Of a stretch of DNA of 64,000 bases, positions 25,221-41,129 are shown piece by piece. Every line of letters starts with the position of its first letter. Position 1 is the stretch's first letter. The notes beneath the pieces are model-generated. The model saw nothing but the letters and a program-made list of their open reading frames with translations, was not told the origin of the DNA and ran no database searches. Origin of the DNA: the human T2T-CHM13v2.0 reference genome, Homo sapiens; NCBI RefSeq assembly GCF_009914755.1, contig NC_060928.1; one strand, given 5' to 3'. Both the position numbers and the translations under genes were made by a program.

Positions 25221-28200
25221 TTTTATGTATGTTTTTAAAATAAATGCAATAAAAATCTGAATGTTATGTAAAGTGTTCAAAATTGCTCATCTAGACAAGA
25301 CTTCGAACAATTTCCTAAATTTCGTCATGTTAAGATTTTAAACAGAATTACATTCAAAAATGAATAAAAATGTATACATTTACATATCTAATAGGTTTTA
25401 ATGTAAAAACTTAAAACTTCTAGGATAGTCACAGGTTTAAAACTTCTATTCAATTATTTATCAACACAAATAATTGAAGAATGTGAAAGAAAAATTTCTC
25501 TTGACCTGACATTTCTTAAAGAAGAAAACAAATTCAAAAATATCTAATAAATGTTCCTTATTTTTATGTGCTACAATCTATACGAGACTAACTAAACAGG
25601 CCAGTCAGTCTGGCCCAATTTAAGGAAAAACATTGAGGACACTGAAAATTAACTGAAATGTCAACCCACTTTAGAAGAAAGCTATTAGTAAAACAAGGGT
25701 ACAGTTACAAGCACTTGTGAAAAGCACAATAAATAAACAATGAGACCCATTCAAAGATGCTGGGGAGACATTCAGGCTTTGCAGGGTTAGAACAAGAGAC
25801 AGCAGAACCACTTCCCACATGGGCAAGAGTTTGTTTATTTTATTCTGCTTATCTGAAATCAGAGCAAATGATCCCAGTGGTTTGGAATGGCTCAAAATGT
25901 TTCTGGGCATCTAGGGAAGAAAAACTGCCTGGTTTTCAGGCGGTGTTTCTTTTTGCTCATGTGAATTTTAAAGTTCACGACTGAAAACTGAAATATTTGA
26001 GACCACAAAAGGTATTATTCTTTCAGTCACATGTTTCAGAGGAGATCAAAAGAAACACTTTCCACATAACTTTGAAAGTACCACACAGTGTGACCCCATA
26101 AATTATTGTTTATGGAAATGTCTTTACAGAATTGTATTTCACACCTTGGGAAAAATGTGAAATGAACTTAGCAACTTTTAATCATAAAGTTTTCTAGAAA
26201 ACTGAAAAAATACTTAAGATGTGAATTATTTGTTTCCATGATTTCATTTAAGGCCAGGCTAACTGATGAGAAAGCCTAGAATATATTTCTTTCAGAGTAC
26301 AAATATGGAGGAAAAATGACTATCACCATTTTTTATATAAAGGTAAATGAAATCTATATCCTTTGAATTGAATGAGAGTTATAATATCAAAACTTTCTAT
26401 TCAACAGCAATTTCAGAATGAAATCATTTGTCACAATCTTCCTATTTCAAATGCAGAAAACAGCAGGTTATGGAGGGGGGTGTTTAAAAAGAATCAATGA
26501 TAATGAAGTTTCAACCTTTCATTAATATCTTCTTTTACATCCAACAGTCAGAAAATGTTTTTAAGGACAAATAGGAAAGTACCAAAATATAATCTACTCA
26601 CTGAACCAGTTAATTTCAAAGCTTTACACAGTGCTTTGAGAGGATAAGACTTGCTGGAAAGGTACAGTGAAGTAGGAGATTTTTTTTTTTTCTAATCAGA
26701 CATCCACAGGAGGAAAATGTTTTAACTCTGCCTCCTAAAATGGAGAATGTACTTCACCTTCATTAGGTGATGAGGCAGTCCACCACAAATACAAGAGCTA
26801 AAAATTCCTTAGCACAAGAAAATTAGCTCTTTGTCATGTCCATGGAACATCTATTGTTTGGCTAGCTTACTCTGGAAGGGGTTTCTAAGTTAGTTGGCTG
26901 TCATTAATCTAAGCGCATATGGGGGCAGCTAATTAGAGAGGGCACTTTTCTGTTTGAGCAACACTGCCTCAGGTGAGGCTTGAATTAGTAGCCAACTTTC
27001 ACCCTACACCCCTACTCACTCTTGAATCAGCACTCTGTCTGGAACACCTACCACTCCACTTTTGGAATGTGGCCTGCCTCCTCCACCTGACCACCAAGGC
27101 TCCCCCTCCGGAAAGCCACAAATTATAGTGCTCAATTGCAGCCAAGAGAAGAAAGCACTTGGAGGTAAAGCCAAAGTGAGAGTGAAAGAAAAATTTCCAC
27201 TAAGAAACCACCAGTAATAATAGATATATGAGCTACAGAAAAAGTAAACAAATATGGGCTGTACACCCACCACCTTCACTTCTCGGAAGAATAAGAGAAG
27301 AGAGAGAACACAAAAAGACTCGTATTCTGACTTGGGGGAAACAAAATTCAGCAGAAGCAAACCAAAAAAATAAACAAGCTGAGCTACAGATTTCATTCTC
27401 TTTGCTCTGACTTACTGTAATTCTGAAAGTTGATATATCGAGCATTACAGACTTACTGACAAAAAAACCAAATGCAACTCCCTTATTTCATATAGACTGC
27501 TTATTTTGTGAAGGTATACTCTGATTTTTTTTTGTCTGTTTGTTTAGTTGTGGTAGCTCCTTTAGTTAAGATGTGAGAATTACAGCACAGAATAGGCAAG
27601 ACAAAAACAGTGAGTCCACGGGAGGATGAGGATGAGTGCTGTTTTCCTTCCTGGTAGAGAGCTGCTTCAGTAGTATTTATTGAAGGATTATATCTGAGGG
27701 AATGCATGCTATGTCTCCTCTCAAGAACCAATGCTACTGGTGGTATTGTAGGTGTTACAGCTCTATCAAAACACCAAGTAATTTTTCCTAGCAAAAACAT
27801 TAAACTTCAATCATGCTGAACAAAGACTCTAAAATGGGATTAATCACTGCACTAATTTCACTTTGAACCAAAAAAAAAAAAAAAAAACAGATTCTGTTGG
27901 TACAGTGTATTTATACAAATGACCCTACCTTACGTGGAAAACCTGAATGTCTGAGGGTAAGATATGTTTGCCCTAGCTCCACTTGTGATTACAGATTAAG
28001 TTTTCCTGGTCTGCAGGAACTGAAACACAGAATGTGTTGAAATGAGAATAGCTGCCATATGTCAAGTATTTGGGAGCTTTTACCTTCGAAACAATTCTGA
28101 GAAGGTGGTTTGGCAGAGCAAAAACCTAGCAAATCAGATACGTCACCATAGTTGGCTGACCTTATCAGCTGAAAATAAATCTTCATTAGTCAAACTCTAA

Positions 28201-29157
28201 TATATACAGATAAAGAAGGTAACTCCCTAAAAAAGTTTTTGCTTAACAAATTACTTATCTTGATTATGTAACAAATGGTTGCCATTCTTACTATAAAATG
28301 TAGTTACAACTGGTCATAAGTCCAGTGTTAAAAACACTAAAACATGGTCAAGTATAAAACAGTTTTTGGTGGAAATTTTCTTGGATGTTTCTAAATCTAC
28401 CAGATGTACTTGTGGCCAACACTTGGAACACTTGGTGCCTAGTATGTGAAGCCTTCCTCCAGCGCGAATACCATACTGAATGCTTTAACACAAACCAAAG
28501 TAACCAAGGAGGTTATACTGAAGTATACACTGCTTTTTTAAGGACAAACTTCTCTTTTATAAAAATTCTATTTATACTCCAATTCCATGTTAAGTTAGGT
28601 TTCAGTAAAAGACACAATCTTCCACTTCACGATTTGAATCCTTATTGTAAACCTATTGAATCTGTTACCCGAAATAATTAGTGATAAAGAAAGCATAATG
28701 GTTACTAAGCAGTCAAGGGAGAATTTCATAATTACATATTACATTTTTTAGCCTTTTCATCTATTGGGTGTGCCTCCAAACAATTTAACAGTACACTTTA
28801 TAATGACTCATGTCCACATATGACAAGGAATCCTGTATGTGCTCTCATAGATTCATACAACAAATGTCTGGCCTGAAATGTAAAATTAAAACTTATTTAT
28901 CAAGATTTTAATGTATTTTTCACATACAAAAATCTTCATGTTATACAATGGAATTTTAAAAAATTATTTTCTTCAAAGATGAATAGACCTGACCCAAAGT
29001 AATCCTAAATTTTAAAACTGGAAAGGAGAAACTTCTCTATGAAAGATATTGGTATTACTATCATTCCATACTATATACAATATACTTGGTTACAGTTTTA
29101 TCACAATACCTAGCATATAGAATGTTCACAAAATCCCCTTACATGTAATATTTCAGA

Positions 29158-29426
29158 TTTTTTTTTCACAGACAAGGTCTCTGTCACCCAGGCTACAGTG
29201 CAGTGGCATGATCATAGCTCTCTGCAGCCTCCAACTCCTGGGCTCAAGTGATCTTGCAGCTTCAGCCTCCCAAGTAGCTGGGATTACAGGCACCCACCAC
29301 CATACCCAGCTAACTTTTTAACTTTTTGCAGAGACAGGGTCTTGCTATGTTTCTAACTCCTGGCCTCAAGAGGTCCTCTCACTCTCAAAGCACTGGGAGT
29401 GCAGGTGTGAACCACCACACCTGGCC
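29158..29426 (-). mobile_element. AluJ
   Basis: ATCATAGCTC..TGCAGCCTCCAACTCCTGGGCTCAAG is antisense AluJ. Confidence 0.9.
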
Positions 29427-29529
29427 CATAATTATTTTTAATAAAGTGTTAGCCAAAATTCATTTATTTTGTAGTCACAAAAAATTTCATAATTCAAGTA
29501 AAACATACTTTCTGCAATGTGAAATTTTA

Positions 29530-29889
<360 letters not shown>

Positions 29890-31117
29890 TCATCCCTTTT
29901 CTGTACTTTGATAGCAAGGCCTTTGTCATCTATGGAACAGAAAGGAAACAAAACGATACTACACATCAGGTATTATCTTGGTACTTCCTGTTGCTTCCAG
30001 TTACAAGGGGCTTTATTCCTGGGGATATTATAAAATGACAAAGCTTTCTACTTGATAATAATCCATAAATAAGAGACTATAAGAAACATAATCTTTCAGA
30101 AGAGGTGGCAGCCAGGCTTCTAAAGCAGTTATGTTGTGATGTAGGTTTCATATAAACACTTGAAACTAAAAAGCAAAGCGGGTGGGGGGTGGTAGAGGGT
30201 GGGGAGGTGGCACTGCACAGTTCCATAAACTCATCTTGTTCTAGGACTCAGGGAAAACATTCTTAAACATGGACAATTGGAACACTATAAAGAAAGATGT
30301 GCTGTTCTGCCTGAAAATAAAGCAGCTAAACAGAAAAATATATATCTGCCATGTAGGGCCCTGTGAAAATTCCAATTATACGTTTTTTTAAAAAAGATAT
30401 CCACATGTTGTGTTGGTTGATTCTTGTTGCAGTCTCCCTAAGAATGGTCAAGCAGTCAGAATTAACCAAGAGAGACACTGTTCTCTAACGTGTGATACAA
30501 TGGAATGTTTCTATAGGATATTCTTATACAACTTAATAACAAAAAATATTGTAGAAAAATAGTGTGCTACACATTCCCCTATTTTAAAAAGAAAGTACGT
30601 ATTTATCAACGACACGTTATGATTGATTCAACATTTTAATTCTGTATTCCGTGTCCTAGAAAGCTTGAGACAGTATTTCAAATGAAAAGATCAGTGTGTA
30701 AATAAAGAGAAAACCCAATCAATTATCATGGTATCTAAAATCTACTTTCGTTTAACTAAAATATACCAGTTGTACTCTCTTCAGCTGTAGTACTACTGAT
30801 TGTTGTGTTTGTTAGTAAAAAGAAAAGCTTCCCATAATTAACTTCCTGTTTTTCTACCTTTCACTGCCAAGGTTTTTAAAATGAATTTCTCATAATTAAC
30901 ACAATGCTATAAAACTAAGGCTTAAATCGAAATACCACGAATTCTCAGTAACCAATAATAATGATGGTTATGTTCTATCTTAATATTGATCAACTTGACT
31001 CACAGATATTATTAATGTAATCACACAAGACCTCAAGGGTTTTCAAAAAGAGTGATACTTGTATCTTGCAAAGAACAGAAATAGTAAATTATATAAACTA
31101 CATTTTAAAAGAAAAAA

Positions 31118-31385
31118 GGCCTATAATCTCATCACTTTGGGAGGCCCAAGTGGAAGGATCACTTGAGGACAGAAGTTCAAGACCAGTCTGGGAAACATAG
31201 TGAGACCCATCTCTACAAAAATAAAAAATCTCCCAGGAGTGGTGTCACCCATAGTTCTAGCTACTCAAGAGGCTGAGGTGGGAGGATCACTTCAGCCCAG
31301 GAGTTAGTGAATACAATGAGCCATGATCACGCCACTGCACTCCAGCCTAAGTGACAGAGAGAAACACTCTGAAGAAATAACAACA
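31118..31385 (+). mobile_element. AluJ, 5'-truncated
   Basis: Alu body with GGAGGATCACTT..GCCCAGGAGTT. Confidence 0.88.
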
Positions 31386-31949
31386 GAATTAAGTAAAATT
31401 AAAAATTTGTTTAATTTTGAAAAGTGAAACTACTGAAATCCAAAAAATTTCTTGAGAATAAAATACACAACAAAATTCAATACAATGAAAGCACAAACAT
31501 TTTTGAGCAAAGGATCTTATTCAAATTAAATAAAAACTATAAATGTACTTGGCAATTCACCTAAATGAATGTACTTAAAATGAAAGCAGCAAACAACTTC
31601 AAAGTCATCATCCTAAAGAGTACAAAATGTAATTAATATTGAATGGAATGGTGAAAAATATTAACACATTTTTGAAGCAAAAAATAAATAAGCTTTATGG
31701 AAGGAGACTAACTTAAAAATCAAAAATTAGACAATTCTAACTTACGTTAATAATTCACAGAAAAGAAATAGTGAAGAATCCTTCACTTCAGGGTTTCTTA
31801 TTAGCTTGCAAATCCAAGTATAACTTAAACTCCAAGAGATCAATTTATGTTTTTTAAAAGTTATGTAAACACAATGCCACTTATTTAATTTTCCTCTTCT
31901 CTTACACTCCTATCATTTTTCTCTTCTCTGTTTTAGGAGGAAGAGAATT

Positions 31950-32478
<529 letters not shown>

Positions 32479-32971
32479 GATACCAAAAAAATGATACCAT
32501 CGCTCAGTATGATGCTGCAATTTTTCTGCTGGTAAAGCTCAGGTTCTGAACATACAACCTTGTCCAAGCCATCCAATTTATTACCTTTTTTTTATCTCTT
32601 TCCACTCAAGGTAGTTATGAAGACACACATACAATCAATTTGTAAGTTATCCAGGCTGAACTCTCTAATATCTACTACTTTGTATCACTATGTATCATTT
32701 AAAAACTAAACTAATGATAATAGTTGACATTTAATGAATGCCTACTCTTTGCCAAGCACTTTTCTATGTGGCTTACACAGACATTTCATTTAATTATAAG
32801 CAGTTGAAAAAGACAATCAGGAGTCAATAAATATAAAGAGATTACATATACTTTTGATTAAACTGAATAATAAAGTAAATATACATGCATATATGTATTA
32901 TATAATGCATACATTGCAATTATATAAAATGGATCATTAAAATATATTCAATTTCATTTTCATTGTAAGTA

Positions 32972-33054
32972 CAGATGTTCCTCTACTTACAATGACATTA
33001 CATCGCAATAAAATCATCATAAAGTCAAAAGACTCTTAAGTTGAAAACTGTCTG
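32972..33054 (+). mobile_element. MER47-like TcMar-Tigger fragment
   Basis: TA-CAGATGTTCCTCTACTTACAATG start and GTCTG-TA end. Confidence 0.55.
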
Positions 33055-33892
33055 TATATAAATTATAACTTAAATTATGTAACATAAGACATATATAGAA
33101 AGCTGGAACTTATTAAACATTATTTTTTATTAAATAATAAAAGAATTCACTGGGAGAAGAGTTTTTACCTAAGAATAAAAAGCAAATAAATAAAAATAAA
33201 TAAAATACCTAGAATCATCTTTTTACATTCTTACAGAACATTCACAAATTATCTTTATTGTCAGACTGGCTGAATGGCCGTTCATTTTTCAAATGTTCAG
33301 ACTTATGTGAAAAATTTAAAAATTAAAAAAAAGTTCCTCCTTTAGTAAAATGTGGTCTGAAAAAATTAAGCTGTATAACCATTTACTGAAGAAACTTCAA
33401 ATAATCTTTAATTATTAATTTTTTAAAAGAAAATGTATAGATTAATACAATAAGTGACAAACAGCAAGCAAATAAAATGTATAAAAGACAGTCAAAACAC
33501 AAAAGTAAGCATAAGTGCTTTCTCCTAAGCACTGCACCAGATACATCATCAGAGACATTAAAAAGTGGTTGCAGGCAAAACCAGCATCTTTGACATATCA
33601 ACATTCTGGCTACAGAAGGCAAAAAATACATAAAAAGCACTTTAAAATGCACAATAAAATACAAGTTACTGAGAAGAGCATTCTAATAAATGTACAAAAT
33701 CTTATTTCTTCTTTCCTTCCCTTCTTCCAAGTTAACCAAACCCTTTACTTTATACCTCTCAAACACTTCAATTTTCTTGAAGCTCTGTCCTTACTTATTA
33801 CTAAAGATCCTATGGGTAGGACTGTATTTTTTTTTATTATAAACATCTCTCTCTCAGTTTTTAATACCACAAAACTGAGTTCTTGAAGGGTC

Positions 33893-34027
33893 TTTTTTTC
33901 TTTTTCTTTTTGAGATGAGAGCTCACCATGTTGACCAGGCTGGTCTGAAACTCCTGTCCTGAAACAATTCTCCTACCTCAGCATCCCAAAGTGCTAGGAT
34001 TAGAGGTGTGAGCCAACACACTCAGCC
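33893..34027 (-). mobile_element. FLAM/Alu left monomer
   Basis: T-tract followed by an antisense monomer. Confidence 0.85.
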
Positions 34028-35027
34028 TAAGGATATGATATATGAAATTAATCCCTGAGACATATCAGTGAGGTTCTGATTAAAACAAGTAGAGAGTCAT
34101 CTTCATTTTCAAGATGTATTATATTTTAGCAGTGTCCTTTTCTTGAAGTTCAAATTAACATTCATATTTGTATAGCTGACCTCTGCAAACATGGCAGACA
34201 TGAGGATTTAATATGACTTTCTCTCAATTTCAGTTTATGTTCAGTTTTGAATTGCAAGAGAACAGCCTGTCCCTAGTTTTCCTAACTAGCCTCTTTGGCA
34301 ACAAGTGGGAAGATCAGTACTCCATGTTGGTTGGTAGTATTTTAAATCTGAAGCATTTTCAGAGTCTAAGGCAATTCAGACTGCACAGCTGTCAACTCAG
34401 GAGTCCCATTAAACTGACTCTAAAAATTCCTAAAAGAAGGCATGATTTATTATAAGCAAATGGCTAACCTGGCTTTTTTGGTAATAGAATTTTAAATGAA
34501 AATAAAATTATACAAGATACACATTGTTTGGATTTTTAAAAACTCTATTAAATGTTTAAGTGGTTGTGAATATGAGGAATAATTAAATGTTAACCCCAGC
34601 TGATTAGTGAACATATAAGAAAATGGGGGGAACTGATCCCAAAAGATCTTCTCTTCTAAGGAGAACTTCACTTGAGGGGCAAACACTAGAAGATACAATT
34701 GTTATTGTAAAACAAACACTAATGAGAGTCTGTCAAATAATTTTAAAAGAAAATAGAACGCATTTGCAACTTTCAAATGCATTTGATGCCCAACAATTTC
34801 ATCACCTACCCTATGTTTAAAACTGGGAGGCAATCCAGAAACTAAAAGGAATCAGAAATTTGCAAAAATATGTTTGCGATACACTATCCAACACTTGTAC
34901 TGACAACATTAGTGTAGATATTTCAACATATGTTAATTTTAAGGAGTAAGTTCGGCAGATGGGCTTCTAAATTATCAAATTTCAATTAAGATGTTACTAA
35001 TCAAGTTACCAAAAAATTTAATTTTCA

Positions 35028-35303
<276 letters not shown>

Positions 35304-35711
35304 TCAAAATGGTAACTCTTACTTGTTGCTCTGCTGTAAAAACTATAAATAATGGCAATACCTCTCACTCCATCTGATCTTAAATAATTTAATGAAAAAT
35401 ATCTACCAATATATTTCTAAGAAAATAAAAGTAATCCCTATGAGATATTTTTGACATTTTTTTCAATTGAACTAGAGAAAGAAAAATGGAAACAAAGTAT
35501 AAAAATTCTTCTGTTTCTTCAAATTATCTGAATGGCTACCTTCCTTCATTATAAGGGTAACTGCTTCTTAATTTCTTCTTTTATAAAAATCACTTCGCAG
35601 AAGAACAACATATTTCATTTGTATTTTTTCAAAACATGATTCAAAACAACAGCTCTTGGTTTTATAATTTTTTCATTAAATACAACAGTCCTACTTACAG
35701 AAATCTTAACA

Positions 35712-36060
35712 TCTGGATATTTGTGCTCCCCCCAAAATTCACATGTTGAAACTTAATACTCAATCTGATCGTATTAAGAGATGGGGCCTTTGGGACATGA
35801 TTGAGTCATGAGGGCTGAGTCCTCCTACATGGGATTCACGTCTTTAAAAAAGAGGCCCAAGGCATCTTGTTTACTCCTTCCACCATGTGAAGTTACAATG
35901 AAAAGACACACATCTATGAAGGAAATAGGCTCTCATCAGAATCTGCCCATGCTGGCACCCTGACTTCCCAGCCTCCAGAACTGTGAGAGATAAACTGTTG
36001 TTGTTTATAAACCATCTAATCTAAGGCATTTTGTTAGAGCAACCCAAATGAACTAAGACA
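35712..36060 (+). mobile_element. MLT1A-type solo LTR
   Basis: CCCCCAAAATTCACATGTTGAAAC...CTTCCCAGCCTCCAGAACTGTGAGA...GAACTAAGACA. Confidence 0.85.
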
Positions 36061-36309
36061 CAGTACAACCCCAGTTTTATAAAAAAGTAAACTGAGGCTC
36101 AATAAGGTAAAATAACTTGCCCAAGATCACATAATCAGTAAAATTCAAAGTCAGATTCATGCTCTTTCCCCCATGCATATTTTGCTGTTTCTCATTATTC
36201 ACTGACATTGACATGTGGGAATCAGAATCTCTCATTCAAGACGCAGAAATATGCCCAAAAGAATAAAGCCAATAAAGTATACAAGAAAGGTCCTATTCAC
36301 TGAGAATGG

Positions 36310-36955
36310 TATCTGCTAGAATTTAATTCAGCTGTATATGACAAACCCAAAATAACAATGACTTAAATAAGATAGAAGCTCAGTTCCCGCTCACAGAAAT
36401 TAAGTCAAAGTGGGTAATCTAGCCTATAGTTTGGCAATTCCACAAAGTCATCAAGGATTTGGACTACTCCATGCAGGCATGTCCCAGGAACAGAATACAG
36501 TCATGGGTTCGTAGTTTTGGTTTCTGGTTGGGCCAGTACAGCCCCTTCCTCACCCCCTTTTCTGCTCATCACTAGAAACATAAACTAAAAACCATGGTTT
36601 CGGACTGCTGAAAACCTAAAACAAAGCAAAACAACAAAATAAGGCTGGTTGCTTGCCTAGTATGAATCTTATCCTCAAGGTCTAAAATGGCTGCCAGAGC
36701 TCCAGCCATCAATTCTATGTTCTAGGAAGCAGGGTAAGAAACATTTAAGGATACATCTCAAAAGTAACATTCAGCACTTCAACATCTGCCCAGGAAAAGA
36801 ACTTATCACACAGACTCACGTGACTACAAAGGAATCTACAAAATGTAGGTTTTTCTGGCTGGGTGGCAATGTGTTGAGCTAAAAATCAGAGTTGTGTTAT
36901 TACTAAAACATAAGGTAAAAATGAGTATTTGGAGGCAACTAGATGAACTTGCCAC
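36310..36955 (-). mobile_element. Old MLT1 LTR remnant, interrupted by a hAT element
   Basis: CCCAAAATAACAATGACTTAAATAAGATAGAAG and AAAATGGCTGCCAGAGCTCCAGCCATCA are antisense MLT1 motifs. Confidence 0.6.
36474..36655 (+). mobile_element. MER30B-like hAT-Charlie element
   Basis: AGAATACAGTCATGGGTTC...CTGGTTGGGCCAGTA...CAACAAAATAAGGC; family name from recall. Confidence 0.65.
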
Positions 36956-37953
36956 AGGAATTTGCATATATTCTCCAATTTATTCATAATATAATCAAAT
37001 TTTTCAAGCAAATCAAAGATAATTGAAGTTGACATATCCAGAGTTATTTCTTAGGGAGGCTATAATACCCCATTGGAATCATCTCATTATAAGCAATCAA
37101 ATAAGTAAATGTGGTTTTACATTTTAGGAAACTATTTTCAACATTTACATTATAAAGAATTACTGTTTCTGTCAGACAAACTCGGGTGGGATTTGTTTTA
37201 TAAATACTAATGTTTTCCCAAGGTTAGAATACAGGGAGTTGGTTTAGGTAAAGCTAAGTTCTGCCAGTAGAAGTGCCACTAAGTTTAAAGGGATATTTAT
37301 CATCTAAAATTATTCTTATATCCAAAAGTTATGAACAAATAGCCAAATAGAGAATCCAGAAGAAAATGCAAATATTGATAAGCAATCAAATCTGAGAGTT
37401 GCCTGAATAGCTAGGTCCAACTATTTATAGAGATCTACAACTATCCTCCAATGTGTTATTGCTAAGTTAGTATTTTAAAACACTATCAGATAATTGGTAC
37501 ATCTGTAAGTTGAATGTAGTAAGAGGGCCTTCTTGGCTGTGCTTTCACTTATAAGTCAGTCTTTTCTTCTGGAAGTCAGTCTTATAGTAAAGCATTTGAG
37601 AAAAACATGAACATGACTTCAAAAGCACTAATGAAGAAAGTACATTTCTTACAAAATCTTCTTGGGAAGATAGAGGAAGGAGTCATTTCACATACACAGA
37701 GTAAACATACTTAAAATTTTCTATAAGTATTTTTCCCCAATATTCCATTCCCTATGGCATTTACCTCCCCACTTCACTCTCCTATCTATCTCCTCTCTCA
37801 AAAACCTTCCCGGCTTCCCACATCATTTTCCACAATCTATCTGGCTGCATTCAGCTAGACAAAGCCAGACAAGCAGTCCACAGCAAAAGAAAACCAGACC
37901 ATTTGTGTCATCCCTTCAACATGGTCTTGGAGGCCCCTTAACTCGGTACTCCC

Positions 37954-37954
<1 letters not shown>

Positions 37955-37994
<40 letters not shown>

Positions 37995-37998
37995 ACAC
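37955..37998. repeat. (CA)n microsatellite
   Basis: Read directly. Confidence 0.98.
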
Positions 37999-38469
37999 TG
38001 CCCTAAATTTCTCCAATAGTAAAGTGATACAATTTCTAATAATTCAATCTATTCATATAATCAAGACAGCAAAATGTTTCCTTCCATTTTACATACTTGT
38101 AAAAATAAACGAAGTTCCTTATCTCCCCATAATCTTTAATGCAAGACTAAACATTCCCAGTATCTAAAAATTCTTTATCTGGTTGTATTCTATGTGTTTT
38201 AGTATATTTTATCATTCTTTAAATTTACACAGATTTCCAAAGATCATGATTAAGAGGCTCGAAATTAAACACAGAAATAATGTCATATCAAAACATATTT
38301 GCTGTAACAATATTACTTGTCATACCAAAAACTACTCGGCTACTGACAATACTATTTTTCCACTTTTTTCAAAATCAGAGAACACTATTTAATAAACTGG
38401 ACTTTTGTGGACTTGGTCTACTTGATCCACTTGATGAAAGTCTCAACAATCTTTCAGTCTTTTGAGAAG

Positions 38470-38725
38470 CACATTGTTTAATGGTTAAACAGTGGGCTCT
38501 GAAACCGATGGTCACTGGTTGACATCCTAGTATCACCACTTACCAACTGTGCAATCATGGGCAAGCTGCGCACTGTGACTCAAGTCCCTTCTTCTGTAAA
38601 CTGGAAAAACAACAATATCTACCTCTTGGAGTTGCCCTCGGTATTTAAAAAATTATTATGTGAAAAGTAGGTTGAGATAGTACCAGATAAATGTAATCAC
38701 TCAACAAATATTGTCTATTATTATT
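38470..38725 (+). mobile_element. MIR
   Basis: GGGCTCTGAAAC...CACCACTTACCAACTGTG..TGGGCAAG...TCTGTAAACTGG core. Confidence 0.75.
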
Positions 38726-41129
38726 TCTCACTTCTCTTAAAAAATAGTTGTAGTGTAGTAAACAACGTATCAAAACAATTTGGTAATATAAATTGCCCAC
38801 TCAAAATGATAGCATGTTCACATGCATGCTTTTGAACACTGGAGTTGTATTTTTAAGAAATATTCAGAAAAAATTTAAACCACAGAATGATATAAAAAAA
38901 GTTCACTACTGAAATAATCTACTAACATCTGTTCATAAAAGGCCTAGACTCAGAAAACCCCAGTGCCAATTAAATTATTCCTTTTAAACTGAGTTCATAG
39001 CATACTTAAAAGGAACTTCAGCTATTAAATTCCTTTTAGAAAGTAAAAATGACTTTCCCATGAAAGGAAACACAAAGAAACGTGTATTTTTCCTTGAATA
39101 ATGAAATATTTTATAAAGAAATCACAGAAGTGGTAAGCAAACTAGGCTTCATTAATGATGTGCTTAGATTTCAGCCAAATTGATAGGCATCATACTTACC
39201 ACCTAACAAATAATACATTAACTTATGAATCATGAAGTATTAAATTATATTGTTAGAATTGTGTATCTGTGTGGTATTGTGGTAACTGCTCTGTTTGTAT
39301 ATCCAGTATATAGTACAAGCATAAAAGTATGCAGTAGATACTAAGAACAAAAATATAATCAATGGCTTCCAATAAGAGTCATTAAAGTTTTCATTTGTAC
39401 CTAAGGAAGAGATTCAGGTTTCATAGGTTCTTAAAGTTGGGGTCCAAAACCTTATGCTTGAGTCTAACTTGATAGTCAGCATTCTGTTTTCAATATGAAC
39501 ATTAAACTCGCTATCAAGAGAATTCTAATAGCTCAAAGTTCTGCCCATTACACATTACCACTCATATTTAACTTTGCACAAAAGGATCTAGAATCTAAGA
39601 AACGTGCAATGATAGCTTGGAGATTCCCACTTCTTTCAAACTCTCTATATTCTTAAATTCTTCTACACAGGTTTGCTCTTCTCAATGTAGGATAGCTCCA
39701 TTTCTGCTGGACAAGCAATCTCTCAACTAAAGTTATTTTTAAAAATTAAATTAGCAATGAATGAGAACATAATGAAGACAAATATTATTTTAAAAGCAGG
39801 CAGCCACTTAGAAAATTTATTAAAATTTACTGGGCTCTTAAACGTGAAGAATTCTGAGTTATACCATATTGAAAAAAAAAAAAAAAGCCTGGCTTTAAAA
39901 AGGAAGAACAGAGAGTTTATTCATTCAGTAATGTATACCCAAAAAAGAATGAAAGTTAAACGGCATTATTACTTTTAAAAACTCTTACTATACTATTTAC
40001 AAAGTGACTAAGTTTTATTTTAACCTATTGATTTGTGGCATGTTTCCATGGAAAGGCTACAAATTAGTGGAAGTGTCCAATTAAAGGTTCACTCACATTC
40101 TTAAGCATATGTTTAGGATTCAATAATTTAAATAAATTTTTAGAACTATAAATTCTGTAATCTAATGTTATTCAAGAGTACCCAAAACTTTCACATTACA
40201 AGCCATGCTACTTAATTAAAGCAAACTAAAAATACTCCTTTACGACTAAATCATCAATTTCAAATGGGCAGATTAGATGATATGAAATTGGCAGTACTTC
40301 CATAATAGCAGTTCATTCCTTTCAATAAGAATCAGGTTAATGGAGAAAAAGAAATCTCACAAATCAGTTAAAAAATTGAGGTAAGAATTTATTCAGGGAT
40401 ATTTAGAAGATGTTTTAGAACAGAAGTATAATGGTATCAATTGATGAAAACTGTTTAAATATCCAAGGGATAAACTTATATCAAGAAACCTATTTTAAAT
40501 ACAAAATAAATAGCATACTAAGAGTGATAAAGAAGACCCAGCAAAAACTCTTAAGTACAATTGGCTTTGTGGTATCATATATTATTAAGCAGACTACGTC
40601 ATGTACATGTAGCCTTATACCTGAATTTCATCTCAAAGATAGCACCAGCTTTCTAGGATAATTTTGAAGACTATATAAGATATTGTGTATACCTGAATTT
40701 CTTCTACCCAATCCCCAATTTCCATACGAGTCAGTGAATAGAGGGACAACAAGCCAAAATATTAACAAGGATCATCAACTCTAAAAACAAAACAGTATCA
40801 GGTAATATTATTCTATCTTATAGAAACAACTAAGAATTCACACATGCACACGCGTGTACATGTACTCACACACACACACACAGAATCTGTAGTGAATTTT
40901 TTTTTTATTTCAAGAAGTAGCCTATTCAAAACTGTGATTTTAAGTTTATATTTGAGATTAGGCATTAGCATTAGGGAGGCATTCCCTATAAGCTGCCCAA
41001 AAACAACTAACATAAAATGTAATCAATTAAAATTAATTGTTTACTTGCATTGTTACTAAAACAGTATTATGTACTAAAGGAAGATTTTTCAAAATGGATC
41101 AGCATAGCTATGGCATAGCTTGAATGGTA

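Noticed and set aside
27620-27700. Possible C/D box snoRNA (ATGAGGATGA ... CTGA)
   Set aside because: Box C is imperfect, there is no terminal stem or recognisable guide, and it lies on the strand opposite the host transcript.
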